From: Pseudomonadota bacterium
GTDB lineage: Bacteria; Pseudomonadota; Alphaproteobacteria; Sphingomonadales; CAKZYD01
NCBI GenBank assembly: GCA_049324415.1
Contig: JBMOOS010000030.1
Location: 205,523 to 269,522, forward strand
Reading direction: 5' to 3'
Length of the DNA: 64,000 nucleotides
Shown here: piece after piece, positions 11,148-19,157 of the stretch
How positions within the stretch are numbered: position 1 is the first letter of the stretch
Layout of the letters: the number at the start of each line of letters is the position of its first letter
Made by a program: the position numbers and the translations under genes
The notes under the pieces: generated by a model
Told to the model about the DNA's origin: nothing
What the model saw: the letters and a program-made list of their open reading frames with translations, nothing else
Database searches by the model: none

Positions 11148-12257
11148 ATGGCAGAGGCGCGGCGCTTGACCCATCCCCTGTGCGGGGCCGACCTTAAGAC
11201 CTTGATCACCGTGCTGGCGCGCGGCGGCGTCGGCCGCCGCGGCCTTGCCCAGGCCACCATCGCCCTCTTTTCAGCCGTGGGCCGCCTTCCCTTTACTTTA
11301 AGCGAATGGGCCTATGTGGAAGCGCGGCGGGGACGCCAGACGCCCTTCCCGCCGCCGGTTTTCATCCTCGGCCATTGGCGCTCGGGCACCACCCATCTTT
11401 ACAACCTGATGGCGCGGGACAAGCAATGGGGCACCGTTTCCCCCTTCGCCGCGGGGCTGCCCTGGGAGGTCTTGAGCCTTGGCCGGCTATGCCGCCCGCT
11501 GCTGAAAAAAAGCCTGCCCGAACACCGCTATATCGACAATGTCGCGGTCGCGGAAGACAGCCCGCAGGAAGACGAGATCGCCCTTGCCAACATGACCCCG
11601 CTGTCCTTTTACCACGCGCTTTATTTTCCCCGGCGGTTCCACGAATTCTTCGATGCTGGCGTGTTTTTCGACGGCGTGCCCCAAGCGCGCATCGAAGGCT
11701 GGCAGCGCTGCTTGAGCGACCTTTACCTGCGCCTTGCCTTGGACCAGGGCGGGCGGCGGCTCGTCATCAAAAACCCGGTCTACACCGCGCGGCCGGCTTT
11801 GCTGCGGCGGATGTGGCCGGAGGCCGGCTTCATCCACATCCACCGCAATCCCTATAAGGTCTTCGTCTCGATGCGCAATTTCTGGCGCGCCTTATTGCGG
11901 GAGTTCGCGCTGGCCGATTATGGCCATGTGGATATCGACGCCGTCGTCTTTTCCACCTACCGGCGGATGATGGACGCCTTTCTGGCCCAGACCAAGGACT
12001 GGCCAGAAAACAGGCTCGTCGAGCTGCGCTTTGAAGACCTGCAAAGCGATCCCGTGGGGCAAATGGGCAAGGTTTACGATAGGCTGGGCCTTGCCGGCTT
12101 TGATACGGCAAAACCGTCTTTCGAAGCCTATCTCGAAAAGGTCAAGGATTACCGGAAAAACACGTTCGCCCTGCCGGCGGACCTCATCGCAAGGATCGAG
12201 CGGGAATGGGCGCCCTATATCGCGCGCTGGGACTATGCGCCGCCGCAAGCAGCTTGA
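11148..12257 (+). CDS. PAPS-dependent sulfotransferase family protein
   Basis: 369-aa ORF. 5'-phosphosulfate-binding loop GHWRSGTTHLYNL and 3'-phosphate-binding region IHIHRNPYKVFVSMRN. Same strand as hpnM and hpnA. Confidence 0.75.
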   Translation: MAEARRLTHPLCGADLKTLITVLARGGVGRRGLAQATIALFSAVGRLPFTLSEWAYVEARRGRQTPFPPPVFILGHWRSGTTHLYNLMARDKQWGTVSPFAAGLPWEVLSLGRLCRPLLKKSLPEHRYIDNVAVAEDSPQEDEIALANMTPLSFYHALYFPRRFHEFFDAGVFFDGVPQARIEGWQRCLSDLYLRLALDQGGRRLVIKNPVYTARPALLRRMWPEAGFIHIHRNPYKVFVSMRNFWRALLREFALADYGHVDIDAVVFSTYRRMMDAFLAQTKDWPENRLVELRFEDLQSDPVGQMGKVYDRLGLAGFDTAKPSFEAYLEKVKDYRKNTFALPADLIARIEREWAPYIARWDYAPPQAA

Positions 12258-13216
12258 CCCTTTCGCCGGTCGAAGCGGCCTGGCAATGCCGCCATGCGCG
12301 CCTCATCGACGCGGTGCGCGGCGAAGCGGTGACGGGGGTCGAGGATATCGCCATCGATGACGCGGCGGGCCTTGCCTATCTGGCCGCCTATGACCGGCGC
12401 GCCGAGAAACTGGGGGCCATCTACCCCTTGCCGGTGACGGCGCTCGAGCAGGAGACGCTGGTCGCAACCCCGCTTGCCGCTTCGGTCCCCATCAAGCCCC
12501 ATGGCATCGCCTTGAGCCGCGACGCGATGGGCGGGCACGCCCTGCTGGTGGTCAATCGCGCAACCTCGCCCGCCGCCATCGACCGCTTTCGCATCACCGC
12601 TTCAGGGCTGGTGCGCGAGGCGCGGCTTGCCGTCCCCGAGCTGTGCCATGCCAACGACCTCGCGCTCGCCGCCGATGGCGCTGTCCTTGTCACCAATGAC
12701 CGGGCGGCCTGCGGCGGCCTAAGGCAAAAGCTGGAGGCGGTCCTTGGCCTTGCCACCGGCAGCCTGCAGCGCTGGGACGGGGCGGGTTTGCGCACACTCC
12801 GCGGCCGAATCGCCTTCGCCAACGGGATCGCCATCATGGGCGATGAGATTTTCGTCGCGGCGACCCGCGATACGGCTGTCTATCGCTTGGATAGCGAAGG
12901 CCGGCTCAAGGGACGCATCGCCTTGCCCGGAGCGCCGGACAATTTGAGCGTCGGGCCCGATGGCACGCTTTACGCTGCGGCGTTCCCCAGTTTGTTCGGC
13001 TATGCCCGCTTTCGCGCCAACCCCAAGGCGCGGGACGCGGCGAGGAGCCTGATCCTTGCCATCGACCCGGCGAGCGGCGTGGTGGAGCGATTGCCGCTGG
13101 ACGGCGCGCGCCTTCCTGCCGGCGCCACCGTGGCGGCGCGGCTTGGCGGCTGGCTGCTGGTGGGCGCCGCCTATGACTGGGGCCTTGGCCTGTGCCGGGA
13201 AGGGGAGGCGTCATGA
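12206..13216 (+). CDS. paraoxonase/arylesterase- or SMP-30-like six-bladed beta-propeller protein (possible lactonase)
   Basis: 336-aa ORF with PON-like segments (GVEDIAIDDAAGLAYLAA, FANGIAI, PDNLSVGPDGTLYAAAF). The start is uncertain: ATG 12206 overlaps the sulfotransferase by 52 nt. The stop overlaps the hpnA start (ATGA). Confidence 0.5.
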   Translation: MGALYRALGLCAAASSLTLSPVEAAWQCRHARLIDAVRGEAVTGVEDIAIDDAAGLAYLAAYDRRAEKLGAIYPLPVTALEQETLVATPLAASVPIKPHGIALSRDAMGGHALLVVNRATSPAAIDRFRITASGLVREARLAVPELCHANDLALAADGAVLVTNDRAACGGLRQKLEAVLGLATGSLQRWDGAGLRTLRGRIAFANGIAIMGDEIFVAATRDTAVYRLDSEGRLKGRIALPGAPDNLSVGPDGTLYAAAFPSLFGYARFRANPKARDAARSLILAIDPASGVVERLPLDGARLPAGATVAARLGGWLLVGAAYDWGLGLCREGEAS

Positions 13217-14196
13217 GCACAGCGCTCGTCACCGGCGGCGCCGGCTTCATCGGCCGCCATCTGGTGCGCCAGTTGCACGCCCGGGGGACGACGGTGCGGG
13301 TGCTCGATCCCGCCGCCAGCCCGCGCCTTTTTCCCGCGGGGGTTGACGCGCGGGAGGGCTCGATCCTCGATGACCGCGCGTTGGCGGCGGCGATGCAAGG
13401 GGTCGAAACGGTCTATCACCTCGCTGCCATCGCTCACTTGTGGCGCCGTAACCGCGATGATTTCGAGCGGGTCAACCATCAGGGCACCCGCCTCGTCCTC
13501 GATGCGGCGCGCCGCGCGGGGGCGGCGCGGGTCATCGTCACCTCGAGCGAAGTCATTTTGCGCGGCTGGGATGAGGCAAGCGATGTTCCCTTGCGGGAAG
13601 ACGCGCCGTCCCCGCCCCTGGCCGCCATGGCGGGGCCCTATAGCCGGTCGAAACACCGCGCGGATAAGGCGGCGCGGGACGCCGGCGCCATCAGCCTTTA
13701 TCCCACCGTGCCGGTGGGCCCCGGGGATGACGCGATGACCGCGCCCACCGCCATGCTGGCGCTGTTCGCCCGCCGCCCGCCGCCGGCTTATCTTGCCACC
13801 ACCTTGAACTTGGTGCCGGTCGAGGATGTGGCGGCGGCCCATATCCTGGCGGCGGAGAAGGCGCGCGCTGGCGAACGCTTCCTCATCGGCGGCGAGGATT
13901 GGCCGATGGCGCGGCTCCTTGACTTTCTGGCGCGCCATCTCGGGCGGCCGATGCCCCGGCGTCAAATTCCTTACTCCCTTGCCCGCTTAAGCGCGGGCGT
14001 GGCGCAAGGGATGGCGCGTTTCACCAAGCGGGCGCCCGTGGCCACGGTCGAGGGGGTGCGCCTTGCCAAGCACGGCTGGCGGGTGGAAAGCGACAAGGCG
14101 CGCGCCGCCCTGGGCTGGACGGCGGGGCCGGTCGCTGAGGCGCTGTTGCGTGCCTTAGCCTGGCTTGAGGGGGAGGGGAAGCCCCTCCAGCCGTGA
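13213..14196 (+). CDS. hpnA: hopanoid-associated NAD-dependent sugar epimerase/dehydratase (HpnA-like)
   Basis: Rossmann motif VTGGAGFIGRHLV and catalytic YxxxK (YSRSK). ATG 13213 sits behind GGGGAGG and overlaps the upstream stop. Confidence 0.75.
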   Translation: MSTALVTGGAGFIGRHLVRQLHARGTTVRVLDPAASPRLFPAGVDAREGSILDDRALAAAMQGVETVYHLAAIAHLWRRNRDDFERVNHQGTRLVLDAARRAGAARVIVTSSEVILRGWDEASDVPLREDAPSPPLAAMAGPYSRSKHRADKAARDAGAISLYPTVPVGPGDDAMTAPTAMLALFARRPPPAYLATTLNLVPVEDVAAAHILAAEKARAGERFLIGGEDWPMARLLDFLARHLGRPMPRRQIPYSLARLSAGVAQGMARFTKRAPVATVEGVRLAKHGWRVESDKARAALGWTAGPVAEALLRALAWLEGEGKPLQP

Positions 14197-14431
14197 TTGT
14201 TTGCTCATGATGGCGGCGGCGAAGGCGGCACAAACTGGAAGCGCCATGTTTCTGGATCGATCAATTGGCTGCTTCCGCAGCCGACGCGCGGTGGGGACTC
14301 CCACTTCCCCCACATCACGTCAGCGTCAGGAATTTGCGTCCTTGAGCCGACTACGGCCGGGAGATTCACCGTGTCGCGCGCGCCAGTTTCCACAATATAA
14401 TAGTCACGACCTTAACAATCAATGATCCCAT

Positions 14432-14460
14432 TGGTTCATCCCCGCGTGTGCGGGAAACGC
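14432..14460 (-). repeat. solitary, degenerate type I-E-like CRISPR repeat (no array and no cas genes in the window)
   Basis: The plus-strand sequence is TGGTTCATCCCCGCGTGTGCGGGAAACGC. It matches the reverse complement of the E. coli I-E repeat (CGGTTTATCCCCGCTGGCGCGGGGAACTC) at 22 of 29 positions, including the CCCGC/GCGGG stem. Only one copy was found. Confidence 0.35.
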
Positions 14461-14476
14461 TGGCGAATAACCAACT

Positions 14477-14532
14477 CTAATGGTGCGATTCCAACGGATG
14501 GATTTATCCGTTTGGGAAAAGTGGACCACTAG
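14477..14532. mobile_element. 56-bp palindromic MITE-like element (chimeric copy)
   Basis: Sequence CTAATGGTGCGATTCCAACGGATGGATTTATCCGTTTGGGAAAAGTGGACCACTAG. The left end matches the B-type terminus and the right end the A-type terminus of the elements at 35612-35849. It is bounded by CTAA and CTAG. Confidence 0.8.
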
Positions 14533-15892
14533 CCGTGCCTGCCTTATCCTGGATCTCGGGAGGGAGGCCGGCGCGTTCAAGCGCCTGGCTTTGGCGCGTT
14601 CGCAGGGTATCGGCGGCAAAGCCGGCGATGATCTCCTCGAACAGGCGGTGCCAGTTGACCCGCGCTTGCAGGCGCGCGAACACCCCGCCAAGGCCGATGG
14701 CGGCCCGGTCCATGAAGACGAATTCGCGCGGCGGGGTGATGGGGCCCAGCGCCTGCAGCCGGCGCCGCACCTTCATCGCCTGCTCCCGGCCGTAAAGCCC
14801 AAGCTTGTCGGTGGCGGCGATGAGGCGCGGGCGGTCTTCGAGGAGCGGCCCGTAAAGGAATGCCGCCCAGATGTTGAGGGTCTCGATCAGCGGCTTTGAC
14901 AGCTTCCTGAAGCCCCAGGTCTCGTAGGCGTGAACCGCCAGCGCCGCGTCATTGTCGCGCAAAGCGTGGTAAAGGTCGATGACGCCGCCGACGAATGCCG
15001 GGGCGAAGATGCGCACGCAGCCGAAATCGAGAAGGTTGAGGCTGAAGTCATCGGCCAGCGTGTAGTTGCCCAGATGCGGGTCGCCGTGGATGACGCCGAA
15101 ATGGTGAAAAGGCACATACCAGGCGCGAAAAAGCGTGGCGGCGATGTGGTTGCGCGTCGCTTCATCGGCGGCAGATAGGCTAAGCAAGGGCCGGCCTTCC
15201 AGCCAGGTCATGGTAAGAAGACGGTTAGTGCTTAAGGAAGGCAGCGGCTCCGGGACATGGATGTGCGGCGTCTCCGCCAGCATATGACGGTACAGCGCCA
15301 TATGCTTAGCTTCCAAGGCATAATCCAGTTCCTCGCGCAGCCGGGCGGCGATTTCGGCGGCGACCTCGCGGGTGTCGATGGACGGGTCGTGGCGCCGAAA
15401 GAGGCCGAGCACGAGGCCCAGCTGACGCAAGTCCGCCTCGATGACCGAGGCCATGTCGGGATATTGCAGCTTGACGGCAAGGTCCGCGCCTTCCAGGCTC
15501 CGCGCCCTGTGAACCTGGCCCAGCGAGGCGGCGGCGGCGGCGCTGTGCTCGAAATAAGCAAAGCGGGCTTGCCAATCGGGGCCCAATTCAGCGCCCATGC
15601 GCCGTTTGACGAAGGGCCATCCCATGGCTGGCGCCTGGGCCTGCAATTGCGTAAATTCCCGGGCATAGTCGGCGGGCAGGGCGTCGGGAATGGTGGCAAG
15701 AAGCTGCGCCACCTTCATCGCCGGGCCCTTAAGCCCCCCCAAAGCCGCCCGCAAATCGGCGGCCAGCGCCGCGTCGGAGCGGCGCCGACCCAAAAGCTGC
15801 CCGCCAGCGGCGCGCGCGGCGATGCCGCCCAGAGCGCCAGCCAGGCCGGCATAGCGGCGCATGCGGCCCGCCAAACGGTTTTCCTCGTCCAC
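14504..15892 (-). CDS. ABC1/UbiB-family atypical protein kinase
   Basis: 462-aa ORF with ABC1 motifs (GPAMKVAQLLATIPDALP, ASLGQVHRA, AVKLQYPD, HGDPHLGN, LLDFG). The last 9 codons (ASGPLFPNG) and the TAA stop lie inside the palindromic element. Confidence 0.85.
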   Translation of the reverse strand: MDEENRLAGRMRRYAGLAGALGGIAARAAGGQLLGRRRSDAALAADLRAALGGLKGPAMKVAQLLATIPDALPADYAREFTQLQAQAPAMGWPFVKRRMGAELGPDWQARFAYFEHSAAAAASLGQVHRARSLEGADLAVKLQYPDMASVIEADLRQLGLVLGLFRRHDPSIDTREVAAEIAARLREELDYALEAKHMALYRHMLAETPHIHVPEPLPSLSTNRLLTMTWLEGRPLLSLSAADEATRNHIAATLFRAWYVPFHHFGVIHGDPHLGNYTLADDFSLNLLDFGCVRIFAPAFVGGVIDLYHALRDNDAALAVHAYETWGFRKLSKPLIETLNIWAAFLYGPLLEDRPRLIAATDKLGLYGREQAMKVRRRLQALGPITPPREFVFMDRAAIGLGGVFARLQARVNWHRLFEEIIAGFAADTLRTRQSQALERAGLPPEIQDKAGTASGPLFPNG

Positions 15893-16028
15893 CTGGGACC
15901 TCTTTAATCATGCGCCCGGACCCATAATTTATGGCGCGCCTTGCTTTTGTCCAATTCTTAACAATTGTCTCGTAATGATACGTCTGCTTATCCCAAGCAC
16001 GGCACGGAATTTTCTAGCGAAGGCAGCG

Positions 16029-17555
16029 ATGACGCAGACCATATTAATCGTCGACGATGAAGCGACCCAGCTCCGCGTCATCGGCGCGGTCACCGAGCGG
16101 GAGGGCTACCAAACCCGCTATGCGGTCAATGGGCAGGAGGCGATCGATATCTTGTCCAAGCCCGATGCGTCGGGTGTTGACCTCGTCATTCTTGACCTGT
16201 CGATGCCGCGCATCAGCGGTCTTGACGTGTTGAAGCGCATCAAGCCGAAGCACCCGGACTTGCCGTGCATTGTTCTGACCGCGCATTCCAGCATTTCCAA
16301 CGTCGTCGATTCGATGCGTGCCGGGGCCAGCGATTTTCTGGTCAAGCCCGCTTCGGCCGAGCGCATCCGCACCGCCATTCGCAACGTCCTCGAGGCCCAG
16401 GAGCTGACCGGCGAATTGCGCCCGCTCACGGAAAAAATCGACGAGACGCTGCAATTTTCCGAACTGGTGGGGGCGAGCGAGGCGATGAAAGCGGCGGTCG
16501 CCGTCGCCCGCAAGGCGGCGGCGTCCAACATCCCTGTCCTGGTGGAAGGGGAATCGGGCGTCGGCAAGGAGCTGTTCGCGCGGGCGATCCAAGCGTCGAG
16601 CGCGCGCGCGCGCGGGCCCTTCATCACCGTCAATTGCGGCGCCATCCCCGCCAATCTCGTGGAAAGCATCCTTTTCGGCCATGAAAAAGGGGCCTTCACC
16701 GGCGCCAGCGAGCGTCATGTGGGTAAATTCGTCGAAGCCAATAAAGGCACCATTTTTCTCGATGAAATCGGCGAGCTGCCACTCGATACCCAGGTCAAGC
16801 TGTTGCGGGTGCTGCAGGAAAGCGAGGTCGAGGCCATCGGCGGGCGCGAGACGGTGAAGGTCGATGTGCGCGTCATCTCCGCCACCAACCGCGACCTGGC
16901 GCGGCAGGTGAGCGCCGGAGAATTCCGCGAGGATCTCTATTACCGGCTGAACGTCTTTCCGGTGCGCATCCCGCCCTTGCGGCGCCGGCGCGAGGATATC
17001 CCGTCGCTGGTCAAGCACTTCATCGCCCGCATTTCCAAGGCGGAAAACATCGCGGTCAAAGACATCGAGCCCGGCGCCATGGAGCTGCTGCAGAACTATG
17101 AATGGCCGGGCAATGTCCGGCAGTTGCAAAACGCCATCTTCCGCGCCGTGGTGCTGAGCGACCATGAAGTGCTGACGGTCGCGGATTTCCCCCAGGTGCA
17201 GTTGCAGACCGGCGGCGCCGTCTTCACCGCCGACCAGGCCGCGCCCGGCGCTGGCGCGGCCCCTGGCGAGACCCATGTCGTCGGCGGCCTCGCCCTGTTC
17301 GATAAGGACGGCCATATCCGCTCGCTGAGCGAGGTGGAAGCGGAAGTCATCCGCCGCGCCATGGCGCGCTATAAGGGGCATATGTCGGAAGTGGCCCGCC
17401 GCCTCGGCATCGGCCGCTCGACGCTCTATCGCAAGGTGGCCGAGCTCAACCTCGATGGCGACGCGGACGCCGAGAGGGATCCCGATAGGGGCTCCGGCGC
17501 CGTAATTCCGACGCATTCTCACCCCACCGGTTCGCCCCATAACGGCATCAGCTGA
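16029..17555 (+). CDS. sigma-54-dependent response regulator (REC + AAA+ + Fis-type HTH; NtrC family)
   Basis: REC domain (ILIVDDE...LVILDLSMP). Walker A GESGVGKE, the GAFTGA motif, and Walker [10 protein letters not shown]-terminal [23 protein letters not shown] at 16029. Confidence 0.9.
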   Translation: MTQTILIVDDEATQLRVIGAVTEREGYQTRYAVNGQEAIDILSKPDASGVDLVILDLSMPRISGLDVLKRIKPKHPDLPCIVLTAHSSISNVVDSMRAGASDFLVKPASAERIRTAIRNVLEAQELTGELRPLTEKIDETLQFSELVGASEAMKAAVAVARKAAASNIPVLVEGESGVGKELFARAIQASSARARGPFITVNCGAIPANLVESILFGHEKGAFTGASERHVGKFVEANKGTIFLDEIGELPLDTQVKLLRVLQESEVEAIGGRETVKVDVRVISATNRDLARQVSAGEFREDLYYRLNVFPVRIPPLRRRREDIPSLVKHFIARISKAENIAVKDIEPGAMELLQNYEWPGNVRQLQNAIFRAVVLSDHEVLTVADFPQVQLQTGGAVFTADQAAPGAGAAPGETHVVGGLALFDKDGHIRSLSEVEAEVIRRAMARYKGHMSEVARRLGIGRSTLYRKVAELNLDGDADAERDPDRGSGAVIPTHSHPTGSPHNGIS

Positions 17556-17563
17556 CGGCGTCG

Positions 17564-18469
17564 ATGATTGGTGTTTTCGATTCGGGCTCTGGCGGCCTCA
17601 CGATTCTGCGCGCCGCCATGGCGGCATTGCCGGAGGAAGCCTTCCTTTATTTTGGCGATCACGCCCGCGCGCCCTACGGCCAGCGCGACAATGGCGACAT
17701 CGTCGCCTTGACGAGGGAGGCGGTGGCCTGTCTTTTCGCCCAGGGCTGCCAACTGGTGATCCTCGCCTGCAATACGGCGGCCGCCGTCGCCTTGCGCAGC
17801 ATCCAGCAAAACTGGCTTGCGAACGCGGCGCCCGATCACCGGGTATTGGGCGTCCTGGTGCCCACGGTCGAAGCGATATCGGGCCTTGCCTGGCACATGA
17901 AAGCGCGGCCTGGCAAGGCCGGTCCGGCGCGCACCGTCGCCATTTTCGCCACCCCCAAGACGGTGGAAGCGGGAGCTTATGTCGAGGAGGTGGCGAAACG
18001 CGCGCCGCGCACCCGCGTCATCCAAATAGCCGTGCCCGACCTGGTCGGCGCCATCGAAGGCCATGCGCCGCCGGCGTTGGTGGACGCCCTCATCGGCGAG
18101 GCGGCGGCAAGTCTGCTGGCCAGGCTTGCCGGCGCGCCGCTTGACGCGGTGCTTCTAGGCTGCACCCATTTCCCCCTGGTGGAAGAGGTGTTTCGCCGCC
18201 ACCTGCCGCGCGGCACGGCCATCATTTCCCAGCCGCGGATCGTCGCCGCAGCGCTCAAGGACTATCTTGCGCGCCATCAGCGCTTGCGCGCCTGCGACCG
18301 CGCCACCGGAGGGGTGCGGTTCCTCACCACCGGCGACGCCCGTCTCGCGGCCAAGGTGGCGGCAGCGCTTCTTGACTGGCCGATCGTTTTTGAAGCCGCC
18401 GGCCTGCCGCGTCACGCGGCGTCTTCATCGGCCTTGGCCGCTGCTCCTCCCTCGATCGCCCGCAAATAG
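17564..18469 (+). CDS. murI: glutamate racemase
   Basis: Motifs [16 protein letters not shown] and GCTHFP. The roughly 30-aa C-terminal tail overlaps the convergent gapR gene. Confidence 0.9.
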   Translation: MIGVFDSGSGGLTILRAAMAALPEEAFLYFGDHARAPYGQRDNGDIVALTREAVACLFAQGCQLVILACNTAAAVALRSIQQNWLANAAPDHRVLGVLVPTVEAISGLAWHMKARPGKAGPARTVAIFATPKTVEAGAYVEEVAKRAPRTRVIQIAVPDLVGAIEGHAPPALVDALIGEAAASLLARLAGAPLDAVLLGCTHFPLVEEVFRRHLPRGTAIISQPRIVAAALKDYLARHQRLRACDRATGGVRFLTTGDARLAAKVAAALLDWPIVFEAAGLPRHAASSSALAAAPPSIARK

Positions 18470-18687
18470 GTGTCGAGGAGATATTCCATCTCCTCCCGGT
18501 CCTGGCGGTCCAATTTGCGCAGGCGGATCACCTGGCGCATGATCTTGGGGTCAAAGCCCGCCATCTTGGCTTCCTTGTAGACGTCGCGGATGTCGTCTTG
18601 CAGGCCCTTTTTGTCTTCTTCCAGTCGCTCGATACGCTCGATGAAAGAACGCAGGATATGCCCAGCGACACCGCCGACGCTTGCCAT
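18412..18687 (-). CDS. gapR: DUF2312/UPF0335 nucleoid-associated protein (GapR family)
   Basis: 91 aa starting at ATG 18687. Characteristic sequence [47 protein letters not shown]. Confidence 0.75.
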   Translation of the reverse strand: MASVGGVAGHILRSFIERIERLEEDKKGLQDDIRDVYKEAKMAGFDPKIMRQVIRLRKLDRQDREEMEYLLDTYLRAIEGGAAAKADEDAA

Positions 18688-18756
18688 GGATGGTCCTTCT
18701 TGGCTGTTTGATGACGTGGGCGGGACCCTATTGCCTGGCGCTGGCGATGGCAAGGC

Positions 18757-19059
18757 TCATCGGTTCTTGGCGATGCTCGCTTGCATGCGGGCAAGCTGTT
18801 CTGGCGTCGCCTCGCTCTGGTAACGCGCCTTATAGTCTTCGTAAGGCATGCCGTAGATGCGCTCGCGGGCGGCCTCGCGGCTGAGGTCGATGCCCGCTTG
18901 CCCCGCCGCTTCCCGATACCAGTCGGCAAGGCAGTTGCGGCAAAAACCGGCATGGCCCATGAGATCGATGTTCTGCACGTCGCCGCGTTGGCGCAAATGA
19001 CGCACCAGACGGCGGAACACCGCCGCCTCCAAGTCACGCTCGATGGATGTGTCGGTCAT
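18757..19059 (-). CDS. DUF1244 domain protein
   Basis: 100 aa starting at ATG 19059. Sequence FRRLVRHLRQRGDVQNIDLMGHAGFCRNCLADWY is typical of the DUF1244 family. Confidence 0.7.
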   Translation of the reverse strand: MTDTSIERDLEAAVFRRLVRHLRQRGDVQNIDLMGHAGFCRNCLADWYREAAGQAGIDLSREAARERIYGMPYEDYKARYQSEATPEQLARMQASIAKNR

Positions 19060-19157
19060 CGGCCCCTCGTTTTCCGCCAAGGACGATTCCCTTGGCCGCA
19101 GGATTGTGTATAAACAGGCAAAGCCCGACTCAACAACCGTTTGCAAGCGAGTCCTTC

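Noticed and set aside
14197-14504. Possible CRISPR array or small genes (ORFs 14165..14425, 14197..14400, 14205..14393) in the hpnA-to-kinase intergenic region.
   Set aside because: Only one CRISPR-like repeat is present, with no periodic repeats or spacers, so it is not annotated as an array. The small ORFs overlap one another in different frames and lack RBS or family signals.
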